64,000 bases of DNA, from positions 71,047 to 135,046 of the forward strand of contig JAGBIE010000014.1 in NCBI GenBank assembly GCA_017935145.1, read 5' to 3'. The DNA is from Oscillospiraceae bacterium (lineage in GTDB: Bacteria; Bacillota; Clostridia; Oscillospirales; Oscillospiraceae). The notes below the pieces were generated by a model. That model was not told where the DNA came from and did not search any database. It worked only from the letters and a program-made list of their open reading frames with translations. Below, piece after piece: positions 25,987 through 35,552 of this stretch. A program made the translations under genes and the position numbers. Every line of letters begins with the position of its first letter. Within the stretch, counting starts at the first letter, position 1.

Positions 25987-26442
25987 ATGAAATGTCCGTT
26001 CTGTGGTTTTCAAGAAAGCAAGGTTATTGATTCCCGCCATTCTGAAGATGGTAGCAGCATCCGCCGCCGTAGAGAGTGTCTGTCCTGCCAAAAACGGTTC
26101 ACTACCTATGAAACAGTAGAGAGTCTGCCCATTGTTGTGGTGAAGAAGGACAACAGCCGTCAATCCTTTGATCGTTCTAAGATTCTTAACGGCATGGTGC
26201 GTGCTTGTGAAAAGCGCCCTGTTTCCATGGCAGATATGGAAAAAGCTGTGGATGAAATCGTGCAGACCGTGCAAAACTCTCTGGATCGCGAAGTATCCAC
26301 AGATCGTATTGGCCAGTTGGTTATGGAGCAACTGAAGGAACTGGATCAGGTGGCTTATGTGCGCTTTGCATCCGTCTATCGCCAGTTTAAGGACTTGAAC
26401 ACCTTCATGGAAGAACTCAATAAGATTTTGAAGAACAAATAA
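25987..26442 (+). CDS. nrdR: transcriptional repressor NrdR
   Basis: [17 protein letters not shown]...[16 protein letters not shown] Zn-ribbon plus an ATP-cone. Confidence 0.93.
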   Translation: MKCPFCGFQESKVIDSRHSEDGSSIRRRRECLSCQKRFTTYETVESLPIVVVKKDNSRQSFDRSKILNGMVRACEKRPVSMADMEKAVDEIVQTVQNSLDREVSTDRIGQLVMEQLKELDQVAYVRFASVYRQFKDLNTFMEELNKILKNK

Positions 26443-26443
26443 G

Positions 26444-26475
26444 AAAAATCCGGTGCCTCAAGCACCGGATTTTTT
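26444..26475. terminator. bidirectional intrinsic terminator
   Basis: AAAAATCCGGTGC / GCACCGGATTTTTT. Confidence 0.85.
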
Positions 26476-26842
26476 ATTTCATATTCTGCACAAATTTTTG
26501 GATGGCATAGAATGTCTCATCGCTGATAGCATGTTCCATTTTGCAGGCATCTTCTTCTGCAACAGCAGGGGAGACTCCCATATTGATAAGGAAATTCTCC
26601 AGTAAGGTGTGTCGCTCATAAATCTTCTGCCCGATTTCTGTGCCTAATTCAGTCAGTCGGAGAAAACCGTCCTTTTCCACAGTCAGGTAGCCACCATTTT
26701 TGAGCAGACCCACGGCACGGCTGACACTGGGTTTGGAATAGTTGAGCGCTTCTGCTACATCCACACTTCGCACAGTGCTTTTTTGTTTGGCTAGGACATA
26801 AATTGTTTCTAGGTACATCTCAGCGGATTCGTGAAGAGCCAT
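26474..26842 (-). CDS. DtxR/MntR-family metal-dependent transcriptional regulator (short form)
   Basis: SAEMYLETIYVL...VRSVDVAEALNYSKPSVSRAV winged helix, followed by a dimerisation/metal region. Divergent from feoAB. Confidence 0.8.
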   Translation of the reverse strand: MALHESAEMYLETIYVLAKQKSTVRSVDVAEALNYSKPSVSRAVGLLKNGGYLTVEKDGFLRLTELGTEIGQKIYERHTLLENFLINMGVSPAVAEEDACKMEHAISDETFYAIQKFVQNMK

Positions 26843-26943
26843 GGGGACACCTCCATGCTTTTTTCTTATTGTAGCATAACTTTTTTGTTTTCACAAGTCC
26901 GCGTTTCTCTGCATAAAATTCTATAAAAATTGGAAATTTAGCC

Positions 26944-26972
26944 TTGACAATTCCCAATTTTGGTAGTATGAT
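26944..26972 (+). promoter_or_regulatory. consensus-like sigma-A promoter of the feo operon
   Basis: TTGACA (26944-26949), 17-nt spacer, TATGAT (26967-26972). Confidence 0.65.
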
Positions 26973-26981
26973 TACCAACGG

Positions 26982-27029
26982 TTAGCCAAGGCTAATCAAT
27001 ATTCAACCATTTCAGTTAGCATTTGCTAA
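26982..27029. promoter_or_regulatory. two palindromic DtxR-type operator candidates
   Basis: TTAGCCAAGGCTAA (26982-26995) and TTAGCATTTGCTAA (27016-27029). Both are perfect 6-2-6 inverted repeats with TTAGC half-sites, lying between the promoter and the feoA RBS. Confidence 0.55.
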
Positions 27030-27044
27030 TTTGGAGGCGTTATT

Positions 27045-27263
27045 ATGACCCTACTATCCGCCCAAGAGGGCAGAGAATATATTATTGAATCCCTGAACAC
27101 GGAAGACGAAGAACTGGAATCTTTTTTGTTCTCCCTCGGTTGTTATGAGGGTGAACCCATTACGGTGGTTACCTTCCGCAAATCGGGATGCACTGTCTCC
27201 ATTAAGGATGGCAGATACAATATTGACAACCAGTTGGCAGAAGCCATCATCGTGAAAGAATAA
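27045..27263 (+). CDS. feoA: FeoA-family protein
   Basis: 72-aa SH3-like FeoA pattern, directly upstream of feoB. Confidence 0.85.
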   Translation: MTLLSAQEGREYIIESLNTEDEELESFLFSLGCYEGEPITVVTFRKSGCTVSIKDGRYNIDNQLAEAIIVKE

Positions 27264-27375
27264 AAGGGAATCCGCTTTTGCGGATTGTCTTTTTGCACTG
27301 CAGTTAGCGGTGACTAACTCGTGTTTTTCAGAGCAATCTGTGAGATAGCAAGAACCGAACAAGGAGGAAAACATC

Positions 27376-29418
27376 ATGAGAATTGCTTTAACTGGCAACC
27401 CCAACAGTGGCAAGACCACAATGTACAATGCCCTTACTGGCAGAAACGAAAAGGTCGGCAACTGGGCGGGTGTTACCGTAGAACGCAAAGAACATCCTAT
27501 TAAAAAGGCCTATACAGGTGGCGCGGACGATATCATTGCCGTGGACTTGCCTGGTGCATACTCCATGAGCCCCTTTACCTCGGAGGAGAGCATCACCAGT
27601 TCCTATGTGAAGAACGAAAATCCCGATGTGATTGTGAACATCGTGGACGCTACCAACCTGAGCCGTAGTCTGTTTTTTACCACTCAGCTTTTGGAGTTGG
27701 GTGTTCCCGTGGTTGTTGCCCTCAACAAGGCAGATGTCAACGAGAAGAAGAAAACACAAATTGATGAAAAACTTCTCTCTTTGAAGCTGAACTGTCCCGT
27801 TGTGGAAACAGTTTCCACCTCGGCTGATGGTCTTGCAGATGTCATCAAAGCCGCCATGGAGCAGGCAGGGAAGGGACAGAAGGCACCCTATGAACAGGGT
27901 GATGTGGACCTTAGCAGTAAGAAGGCTGTTGTAGCCGCTGACCGCGCCCGCTTTGCTTTTGTCAACGGCATTGTCAGCGAAGTGGAAAGCCGAACTGTTC
28001 GTACGCGCGATAAGAATTTCCAAGACAAGATTGATGCTGTGATTACGCACCCTCTTGCAGGTCTGCCTATCTTTGCGGTGGTTATGTTCTTGGTTTTCCA
28101 GATTTCCCAAGCTTGGGTTGGCCCTTGGATTGCGGAAGGTTATGAATTTGCCAATGGTACGTCTATCCCTGGTCTTGTTACTCTTATCGACATGTTCAAG
28201 GAATGTGTAGCTGGCGCACTGGAAGGTGGCAATGATTTCTTGGTTGCTCTCCTCACGGAAGGCATCATTGGTGGCGTCAGCGCTGTTGTTGGCTTCCTGC
28301 CTTTGGTCATGGTCATGTACTTCCTCATTGCGCTCTTGGAAGACTGTGGCTATATGGCTCGCGCCACCGTTGTTCTTGACCCCATCTTCAAGAAAGTTGG
28401 CCTTTCTGGTAAATCCGTGATTCCCTTTGTCATTGGCACTGGTTGTGCCATTCCTGGCGTCATGGCTGCTCGTACCATCCGCAATGAGCGGGAACGCCGT
28501 GCTACCGCCATGCTTGCTCCTTTTATGCCCTGTGGTGCAAAACTGCCCGTGATTGCTCTGTTTGCTGGCGCTTTCTTTGGCGATGCATCGTGGGTTGGCA
28601 CACTCATGTATTTTGTGGGTATTGTGATCATCCTCTTGGGCGCACTGTTGGTGAACAAGATCTCTGGTTACAAGAACCGCAAATCCTTCTTCATCATTGA
28701 ACTGCCCGAGTATAAAGTTCCCTCCCTCAAAAGAGCTGCATTGTCCATGCTGAGCCGTGGCTGGGCATACATTGTCAAGGCTGGTACGATCATTCTTCTG
28801 TGCAATGCCATCGTCTACATTATGCAGTCCTTCAACTGGAACTTCCAGTTGGTGGAAGAAGGCGCTGAAAATACTTCCATCCTTGCCAGTATCGCTAACC
28901 CCATCGCCGTTGTGCTTGTTCCTATCATTGGCGTTCAGGCATGGCAGTTGGCAGCCGCCGCAGTTACTGGCTTTATCGCCAAGGAAAATGTTGTGGGCAC
29001 GCTGGCTGTTTGCTATGGCATCTCTAACCTGATCGATACGGAAGCACTGGAAATGGCAGAGGGGGCAGGTGCAGAGGTTGCTGCTGTGTTTGCCATTACG
29101 AAAGTCGCTGCCTTGGCTTACCTGATGTTTAATCTCTTTACGCCTCCTTGCTTTGCTGCCATGGGTGCTATGAATGCAGAAATTAAGGATCGCAAATGGT
29201 TCTGGGGTGGTATCGCTCTGCAACTTGCTGTTGGTTACAGCGTGGGCTATTTGGTCTACACCATTGGCACGCTCATCACTGCTCCTGCCACCTTGAATAT
29301 CGGTGTCGCCCTTGGTGGATTGTGCTTTGTTCTTGCGTTTGCGGCAGTGCTCATCTACCTTTGCGTCAATGCCGATAAAAAAGTGAAAGCAGAATACGCT
29401 CTTTCTGGAAAGAAGTGA
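27376..29418 (+). CDS. feoB: ferrous iron transporter FeoB
   Basis: N-terminal G-domain GNPNSGKTT, DLPG, NKAD, then a polytopic gate domain. Confidence 0.93.
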   Translation: MRIALTGNPNSGKTTMYNALTGRNEKVGNWAGVTVERKEHPIKKAYTGGADDIIAVDLPGAYSMSPFTSEESITSSYVKNENPDVIVNIVDATNLSRSLFFTTQLLELGVPVVVALNKADVNEKKKTQIDEKLLSLKLNCPVVETVSTSADGLADVIKAAMEQAGKGQKAPYEQGDVDLSSKKAVVAADRARFAFVNGIVSEVESRTVRTRDKNFQDKIDAVITHPLAGLPIFAVVMFLVFQISQAWVGPWIAEGYEFANGTSIPGLVTLIDMFKECVAGALEGGNDFLVALLTEGIIGGVSAVVGFLPLVMVMYFLIALLEDCGYMARATVVLDPIFKKVGLSGKSVIPFVIGTGCAIPGVMAARTIRNERERRATAMLAPFMPCGAKLPVIALFAGAFFGDASWVGTLMYFVGIVIILLGALLVNKISGYKNRKSFFIIELPEYKVPSLKRAALSMLSRGWAYIVKAGTIILLCNAIVYIMQSFNWNFQLVEEGAENTSILASIANPIAVVLVPIIGVQAWQLAAAAVTGFIAKENVVGTLAVCYGISNLIDTEALEMAEGAGAEVAAVFAITKVAALAYLMFNLFTPPCFAAMGAMNAEIKDRKWFWGGIALQLAVGYSVGYLVYTIGTLITAPATLNIGVALGGLCFVLAFAAVLIYLCVNADKKVKAEYALSGKK

Positions 29419-29423
29419 TTTAT

Positions 29424-29588
29424 ATGACAGATGTCATTATCATCGCAATCCTTGTCCTCATTCTTGGCGGGGCAGGACTGTATGTCTACAAAGCAAAGAA
29501 AAGTGGGAAAAAGTGCATCGGTTGTCCCGATAGCGGCACTTGTTCTGGCACTTGTGGAAGTTGTACTTGCAACTGCGGAAAGAAATAA
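29424..29588 (+). CDS. FeoB-associated Cys-rich membrane peptide (54 aa)
   Basis: MTDVIIIAILVLILGGAGLYVYKAKKSGKKCIGCPDSGTCSGTCGSCTCNCGKK. Lies 5 nt after the feoB stop. Not in the ORF track (shorter than 60 aa). Confidence 0.7.
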   Translation: MTDVIIIAILVLILGGAGLYVYKAKKSGKKCIGCPDSGTCSGTCGSCTCNCGKK

Positions 29589-29622
29589 AAAAAGCCCTCC
29601 GATTACTCGGAGGGCTTTTTTT
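29587..29622. terminator. bidirectional intrinsic terminator
   Basis: A-tract, GCCCTCCG / CGGAGGGC stem, T-tract. Lies between convergent feo and glnS. Confidence 0.85.
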
Positions 29623-29627
29623 ATGCA

Positions 29628-31313
29628 TTATTGTGCAGGTTTAAAACTATCCTTCAAGGATACAGCGCGGTTAAAGACCAAATGTTCGGGGGAGGAGTCC
29701 TTGCTGTCAGCACAGAAATAGCCAACGCGCATGAACTGGAAGCGGTCTTCTGCCGTGGCAGATGCCAGCGTTGCTTCTACCTTGCAGTTTTGAAGAACTT
29801 CCAAAGAATCGGGGTTCAAGCATTCCAGGAAATTCTTATCTGCACCATCGGGAGAGGCATCAGAGAAGAGATTGTCATACAGACGAATTTCAGCATCCAA
29901 GGCGGTTTCACTATCCACCCAGTGGATGGTAGCGCCTTTAATCTTGCGACCATCGGCAGGGTCACCGCCACGGGAATTGGGGTCATAAGTGGCAAGCACT
30001 TCTGTGATATTGCCATTTTCATCGCAGTTGTAGCCCGTACACTGGATCACATACGCACCTTTCAATCGGCACTCAGGACCATCGGGATACAAGCGCTTAT
30101 ACTTGGGTACGGGTTCTTTGAGGAAATCATCTGCTTCAATGTACAGATGACGGGAGAAGCTGACAGAACGAGTGCCGTCCTCAGGATGGTTGGGATTGTT
30201 TTCCACCTCAAAGACTTCACTTTGACCTTCCGGATAGTTGGTGATGGTCAGGGGAATGGGGCGAAGCACTGCCATAACACGGCGCGCGTTGTCATTGAGG
30301 TCCTCACGAAGGCAATGTTCCAAGAAGGCATATTCCACCGTGGAGGGATTTTTAGCAACGCCAATGCGTTCACAGAAATTGCGGATAGAGGCGGGGGTAT
30401 AACCACGACGGCGCAGACCGCAAAGAGTGGGCATGCGGGGGTCATCCCAGCCAACCACAAGGCCCCCCTCTACCAGCGCGCGCAATTTCCGCTTAGACAT
30501 GACCGTGTGGTCAATGCCAAGACGGGCAAATTCAATCTGGCGAGGCTTGGAGGGTACATCGCAATTCTCAATGACCCAGTTGTACAGAGGACGGTGGTCT
30601 TCGTATTCCAAGGAGCAGAGAGAGTGGGTAATGCCTTCCAGTGCATCCTGAATAGGATGGGCAAAGTCATACATGGGGTAGATGCACCACTTATTGCCCT
30701 GGCGGTGATGCTCAATATAGCGAATGCGGTAAATGACAGGGTCGCGCATATTGAAATTGCCGGAGGTCAGGTCAATCTTGGCACGAAGGGTCATAGAACC
30801 TTCGGCAAACTCGCCCTTTCTCATACGGCGGAACAAATCCAAGGATTCTTCCATGGGTCTGTCGCGCCACGGAGAAGTAGCGGGCACATTAATATCGCCA
30901 CGATTCTGCTTAAACTCTTCCGGAGTCAACTGGCACACATAGGCAAGACCCTTTTGGATGAGGGCTTCTGCCAGCTCATAGGTCTTTTCAAAGTAATCGG
31001 AGCCGTAGTACATACGGTCGCCCCAATCAAAGCCCAGCCAGTGAATATCTTCTTGGATGGCTTCTACAAATTCGTTATCTTCCTTGGCGGGGTTGGTATC
31101 GTCAAAGCGCAGATTGCACAGACCGCCAAATTTTTCAGCTGTACCAAAGTCAATGCACAGGGCTTTGCAGTGACCAATGTGCAGATATCCATTGGGTTCG
31201 GGCGGGAAACGAGTATGTACTCGCATACCCTCACAGCGACCGCCTTCTGCCATGTCTTCTTCCACAAATGCGTGGATAAAGTTTTTGCTTTCAACATTCT
31301 TAATTTCGTCCAT
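29628..31313 (-). CDS. glnS: glutamine--tRNA ligase
   Basis: RFPPEPNGYLHIGH (HIGH), VMSKRK (KMSKS) and the GlnRS-type C-terminal anticodon-binding beta-barrels. Confidence 0.92.
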   Translation of the reverse strand: MDEIKNVESKNFIHAFVEEDMAEGGRCEGMRVHTRFPPEPNGYLHIGHCKALCIDFGTAEKFGGLCNLRFDDTNPAKEDNEFVEAIQEDIHWLGFDWGDRMYYGSDYFEKTYELAEALIQKGLAYVCQLTPEEFKQNRGDINVPATSPWRDRPMEESLDLFRRMRKGEFAEGSMTLRAKIDLTSGNFNMRDPVIYRIRYIEHHRQGNKWCIYPMYDFAHPIQDALEGITHSLCSLEYEDHRPLYNWVIENCDVPSKPRQIEFARLGIDHTVMSKRKLRALVEGGLVVGWDDPRMPTLCGLRRRGYTPASIRNFCERIGVAKNPSTVEYAFLEHCLREDLNDNARRVMAVLRPIPLTITNYPEGQSEVFEVENNPNHPEDGTRSVSFSRHLYIEADDFLKEPVPKYKRLYPDGPECRLKGAYVIQCTGYNCDENGNITEVLATYDPNSRGGDPADGRKIKGATIHWVDSETALDAEIRLYDNLFSDASPDGADKNFLECLNPDSLEVLQNCKVEATLASATAEDRFQFMRVGYFCADSKDSSPEHLVFNRAVSLKDSFKPAQ

Positions 31314-31496
31314 TTGGTGTCATCCCTTCGGGCGTGATTTTTGACCATTATATACCATTTCTGACTTTTGTGCAATTTATTTTGTGCCCTTTCTCGAGGA
31401 ATTTATCAAGAAATTATAAAAAATGTAAATTTGCTCTTTTCAAGAGCGGAAAATTATTATAGAATAGGTGTAGCAAATTAGAGGGAGTGGTAGGAT

Positions 31497-32219
31497 ATGA
31501 CACAACCTAAGTACAAAAGAATTCTCTTAAAAATCAGTGGCGAGGCACTGGCTGGGGATGCCCACAGAGGCCTCGACTTTGATGTGATTGGTGGCGTTTG
31601 TGACGTTGTCAAAAAATGCTCTGAAGCTGGTGTGGAAATCGGCATTGTTGTGGGCGGTGGCAACTTTTGGCGCGGCCTGAAAGACGGTGGCGAGCATATG
31701 GAACGCACCCGTGCTGACCATATGGGCATGCTGGCAACGGTGATTAATGCCTTGGCCATTGCAGATTGCCTGGAACAGCGTAATGTTCCTGTGCGTGTGC
31801 AGACCGCCATTGAGATGAACCGTATTGCAGAACCCTACATCCGCAACAAGGCTATCCGTCATTTAGAAAAGGGCCGTGTTGTCATCTTTGGTTGTGGCAC
31901 TGGCAATCCCTTCTTCTCCACAGATACCGGCGCAGTGCTCCGCGCCGCGGAAATCGGGGCTGATGCCATTCTTTTGGCAAAGAATGTGGATGGCGTTTAC
32001 AGCGCTGACCCTGCTCGTGATCCCAACGCTGTTCGTTATGACACCATTACTTATGACGAAGTTCTCGCACAGCATCTTGCTGTTATGGATACTACCGCTA
32101 CATCTCTCTCTATGGATAACCATTTGCCCATCGTTCTCTTTGCCCTGAAAGACCCCGAAAATATTTATCGTGTGGTCATGGGGGAAGATATTGGCACTGT
32201 TGTGAAGGAGGAAAAGTAA
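31497..32219 (+). CDS. pyrH: UMP kinase
   Basis: [21 protein letters not shown] and [10 protein letters not shown]. Confidence 0.93.
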   Translation: MTQPKYKRILLKISGEALAGDAHRGLDFDVIGGVCDVVKKCSEAGVEIGIVVGGGNFWRGLKDGGEHMERTRADHMGMLATVINALAIADCLEQRNVPVRVQTAIEMNRIAEPYIRNKAIRHLEKGRVVIFGCGTGNPFFSTDTGAVLRAAEIGADAILLAKNVDGVYSADPARDPNAVRYDTITYDEVLAQHLAVMDTTATSLSMDNHLPIVLFALKDPENIYRVVMGEDIGTVVKEEK

Positions 32220-32220
32220 T

Positions 32221-32772
32221 ATGTTTGAGATTTCTACTTATAGCCACAAAATGGACAAGACCTTGGAAGTTCTTGCTTCCCAGTTTTCCGCTGTTCGTGC
32301 CGGTCGCGCCAATGCAAAAGTTCTTGACCGCATCACTGTGGAATATTATGGTACGGATACTCCCATCGGCCAGGTGGGCACGATCTCCTCTCCCGACCCC
32401 AGAAGCCTGCTGATTCAGCCTTGGGATTCCTCTTTGCTCAAACCCATCGAGAAGGCTATTCAGCTTTCTGATTTGGGCATTAACCCCCAGAATGATGGCC
32501 GTGTGATTCGCCTTGTGTTCCCTCAACTTACCGAGGAACGCCGTATTGAACTGACCAAGCAGGTCAAGAAGTATGGTGAAGAAGGAAAGGTCGCCATCCG
32601 TAACATCCGCAGAGACGCTGTGGATGCCGTGAAGAAGGATCTCAAGGCATCCGAAATTACGGAAGATGACGAAAAGAAGTTGCAGAAGGACATTCAGGAC
32701 CTTACCGATAAATACATCAAAAAGGTCGATGAAGCTTGCGCAGCCAAAGAAAAGGAACTCATGGAACTGTGA
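32221..32772 (+). CDS. frr: ribosome recycling factor
   Basis: VRAGRANAKVLD, LTEERR and 183-aa length. Follows pyrH. Confidence 0.93.
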   Translation: MFEISTYSHKMDKTLEVLASQFSAVRAGRANAKVLDRITVEYYGTDTPIGQVGTISSPDPRSLLIQPWDSSLLKPIEKAIQLSDLGINPQNDGRVIRLVFPQLTEERRIELTKQVKKYGEEGKVAIRNIRRDAVDAVKKDLKASEITEDDEKKLQKDIQDLTDKYIKKVDEACAAKEKELMEL

Positions 32773-32780
32773 TTTTTTAC

Positions 32781-32808
32781 AAAAGCCGCCGTACGGCGGC
32801 TTTTGTTT
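32781..32808 (+). terminator. intrinsic terminator or attenuator after frr
   Basis: AAAAGCCGCC GTAC GGCGGCTTTT. Confidence 0.7.
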
Positions 32809-32826
32809 AGTAAGCAGGTGAAAAGA

Positions 32827-33561
32827 ATGCTATTTTCCAAAAAACAAAAGAAAACAAGGGAAACGTACCATGTACCCACCCATATCGCTATTATCATGGA
32901 TGGCAATGGTCGCTGGGCAAAGAAGAGAAACCTGCCCCGTAGCGCAGGTCATGCTGTTGGCTGTGACGTCTTTGAACGCATTGCCACATACTGCCGTGAT
33001 TTGGGTGTAAAATATTTGACGGTCTATGCATTCTCCACTGAGAACTGGAAACGTTCTCAAGAGGAAGTGCTGGCCATCATGAATCTTCTGCGGAAATATC
33101 TGGATGATGCCGTAAACACCATGGAGAAGAAACAAATTCGTCTCCGCTTCTTTGGTGATATGTCCCGTTTGGATGCTGATTTGCAGGAAAAAGTTCGCCA
33201 AGCAGAGGAAATTTCTTCTCGCTATACTGGTTTTCAGGCAAACATCTGCCTTAATTATGGTGGACGGGATGAAATTATCCGTGCAGCTCGCCAAGCAGCA
33301 TCCAAATGCATGGCAGGGGAGTGGACGTTGGATGATATTACGGAATCCTCTATGGCAGAACTTATGGATTCTGCTTACATTCCCGACCCCGAACTTATTA
33401 TCCGCCCCAGTGGTGAAGTGAGAACATCCAATTTCCTTTTGTGGCAATCCGCCTATAGCGAATACTACTTTACAGATGTTCTTTGGCCCGATTTTTCTCC
33501 CAAAGATTTGGATAAAGCCATTACCGCATACAACGGGCGCTCTCGCCGGTTTGGAGGGTAA
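32827..33561 (+). CDS. uppS: isoprenyl transferase (undecaprenyl diphosphate synthase)
   Basis: HIAIIMDGNGRWA, FSTENWKR and RTSNFLLWQ. Confidence 0.92.
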   Translation: MLFSKKQKKTRETYHVPTHIAIIMDGNGRWAKKRNLPRSAGHAVGCDVFERIATYCRDLGVKYLTVYAFSTENWKRSQEEVLAIMNLLRKYLDDAVNTMEKKQIRLRFFGDMSRLDADLQEKVRQAEEISSRYTGFQANICLNYGGRDEIIRAARQAASKCMAGEWTLDDITESSMAELMDSAYIPDPELIIRPSGEVRTSNFLLWQSAYSEYYFTDVLWPDFSPKDLDKAITAYNGRSRRFGG

Positions 33562-33563
33562 CT

Positions 33564-34376
33564 ATGAAAACAAGAATTATTGTAGCTGTGGCGCTTTTGC
33601 CGCTGTTTTTGGCTGTTTTACTCCTGTGCCCCGTGTGGGCAACCGCCATTATGGTAGCGGGCATGGCAGCACTGGCAGTTTATGAACTGCTGTATACAGC
33701 AAAGCTCTGCGTCCACAAGCGCATCGCTATCTATACGGCTGTTGCTGCTGTGCTTACGGTTGCTTGGTGTTACTTTGGTAGCCCCAGATTGTGGGGAATG
33801 GCGCTTGTCTTTGTCTATCTTTGCCTTTTGGTAGCAGAACTTCTGCATGCCAATACTGCGCTGCGTTTTGAAAGCGTTTGCGTTGCGGTTATTTCTGCAT
33901 TTGTGATTCCTTTTGCCTTGGGCGCTTTGCTACGCATTCGTAGCATGGAATTGGGGAAATACTATATCATTGTTTCCTTGATTCTTGCCTTTTCTTCGGA
34001 TTCTGGCGCATATTTTGCAGGCAGATTCTTTGGCAAACATAAGCTTGCTCCTGTTATCAGTCCCAAGAAAACTGTGGAGGGCATGATTGGCGGTGTCATT
34101 ACCTGCGTTGTCTTTATGATGGCCTATGGTCTAATACTGGACTTTGGATTCCATCTGCGGGTGAACTATTTCTATGCTACTATCTACGGCATTGTGGGTT
34201 CTTTTGCCTCTGTGGTAGGCGACCTTGTGTTCTCTGTGGTCAAACGCCAAACAGGCATTAAGGATTATGGCAAACTCCTCCCAGGTCATGGTGGTATTTT
34301 GGATCGCTTTGATTCTACCATACTGGTAGCGCCCCTGACAGAACTGCTCATTTTGCTTTTACCGCTGATGATGTAA
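33564..34376 (+). CDS. cdsA: phosphatidate cytidylyltransferase
   Basis: SDSGAYFAGRFFGKHKL, SPKKTVEG and GHGGILDRFDS. Confidence 0.9.
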   Translation: MKTRIIVAVALLPLFLAVLLLCPVWATAIMVAGMAALAVYELLYTAKLCVHKRIAIYTAVAAVLTVAWCYFGSPRLWGMALVFVYLCLLVAELLHANTALRFESVCVAVISAFVIPFALGALLRIRSMELGKYYIIVSLILAFSSDSGAYFAGRFFGKHKLAPVISPKKTVEGMIGGVITCVVFMMAYGLILDFGFHLRVNYFYATIYGIVGSFASVVGDLVFSVVKRQTGIKDYGKLLPGHGGILDRFDSTILVAPLTELLILLLPLMM

Positions 34377-34386
34377 GGAGTCACTT

Positions 34387-35538
34387 ATGACGAAACGAGT
34401 TGCAATTTTGGGAAGCACTGGCTCTATCGGTCGGCAGACCTTGGATGTCTGTGACCTTTTGTCTTTGCAAGTGGTTGCTTTGACCGCTGGCACCAATGTG
34501 GACAGAATGGAAGCGCAGTGCCGAAAATATCGTCCCATTTATGCTGTTATGGCAGAAGAATCTTCTGCTAAGGAACTGAAATTGCGCCTAGGTGATTTGC
34601 CCATCACTGTTCTTTGTGGCGACGAGGGGTTAATCCGTGTGGCGGAAATGGACGAGGCAGATACTGTGGTAACTGCTGTGGTGGGCATGCTAGGACTAAA
34701 ACCTACCCTTGCCGCCATACGCAAGAAGAAACGTATCGCTTTGGCGAATAAGGAAACCTTGGTCTGCGCAGGCGAACTTGTCATGGCAGAAGCAAAAAAA
34801 TATGGCGCCGAAATCATCCCTGTGGATTCGGAGCATTCTGCTATTTTCCAGTGCCTTATGAATAGCGGTAAACGCAGTGAGATATTAAAACTCATTCTCA
34901 CTTGCTCTGGTGGCCCGTTTTTCGGTTATAGCAAAGACCAACTGGAAATGGTAACTAAGGAAGATGCACTCAAACATCCCAACTGGAAGATGGGTCCTAA
35001 AATTACCATCGATTGCGCTACCCTTATGAATAAGGGCTTAGAAGTCATCGAGGCTATGCGTCTTTACTCCGTGCCTGTGGAACAGATTCAAGTGGTGATT
35101 CACCGCCAAAGCAATATTCACTCCATGGTGGAATTTTGCGATGGCGCAGTCATGGCACAGATGGGCACGCCCGATATGCGTCTGCCCATTCAGTTGGCGC
35201 TGACATACCCCAACCGCCTACCTTCTCCTGCAGGACAGTTGGATCTGTATTCCATGGCAGATATGACCTTCCACCGCCCCGATTTAGACGCTTTCCCAGC
35301 TCTTGCTCTTGCCCTAGAAACCGCCAAGGTGGGTGGCACAGCCTGCCCCGTACTCAATGGCGCCAATGAGGCTGCTGTGGGTCTGTTTTTACAGAAAAAA
35401 ATCGGGTTTTACGATATTTCTGACGGTGTAAAAGCTGCATTGGACACAATTCCTGTTGCACAGGCAACGGATTTGGAAACTGTACTTATGGCAGATGCCA
35501 AAGCAAGAGAAATTGTGCTAAAACGTTATTCTTCATGA
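34387..35538 (+). CDS. dxr: 1-deoxy-D-xylulose-5-phosphate reductoisomerase
   Basis: ILGSTGSIG, LANKE, DSEHSA and NKGLE motifs. Confidence 0.93.
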   Translation: MTKRVAILGSTGSIGRQTLDVCDLLSLQVVALTAGTNVDRMEAQCRKYRPIYAVMAEESSAKELKLRLGDLPITVLCGDEGLIRVAEMDEADTVVTAVVGMLGLKPTLAAIRKKKRIALANKETLVCAGELVMAEAKKYGAEIIPVDSEHSAIFQCLMNSGKRSEILKLILTCSGGPFFGYSKDQLEMVTKEDALKHPNWKMGPKITIDCATLMNKGLEVIEAMRLYSVPVEQIQVVIHRQSNIHSMVEFCDGAVMAQMGTPDMRLPIQLALTYPNRLPSPAGQLDLYSMADMTFHRPDLDAFPALALALETAKVGGTACPVLNGANEAAVGLFLQKKIGFYDISDGVKAALDTIPVAQATDLETVLMADAKAREIVLKRYSS

Positions 35539-35552
35539 ATGGGTGATGAATT

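Noticed and set aside
27388-29223. 611-aa minus-strand ORF opposite feoB
   Set aside because: Shadow ORF of feoB. It has low-complexity mirrored composition, and feoB is supported by its G-domain motifs and operon context.
29631-31337. 568-aa plus-strand ORF covering all of glnS
   Set aside because: Codon-aligned shadow of an unmistakable GlnRS (HIGH and KMSKS motifs). No motifs of its own.
31314-31496. Possible T-box or other leader upstream of glnS and pyrH
   Set aside because: I looked for the T-box consensus (AGGGTGGTACCGCG-like) and a terminator/antiterminator pair. I found only a short GCTCTT/AAGAGC hairpin and AT-rich divergent promoter DNA. At about 180 nt shared by two divergent genes, the region is also too short.
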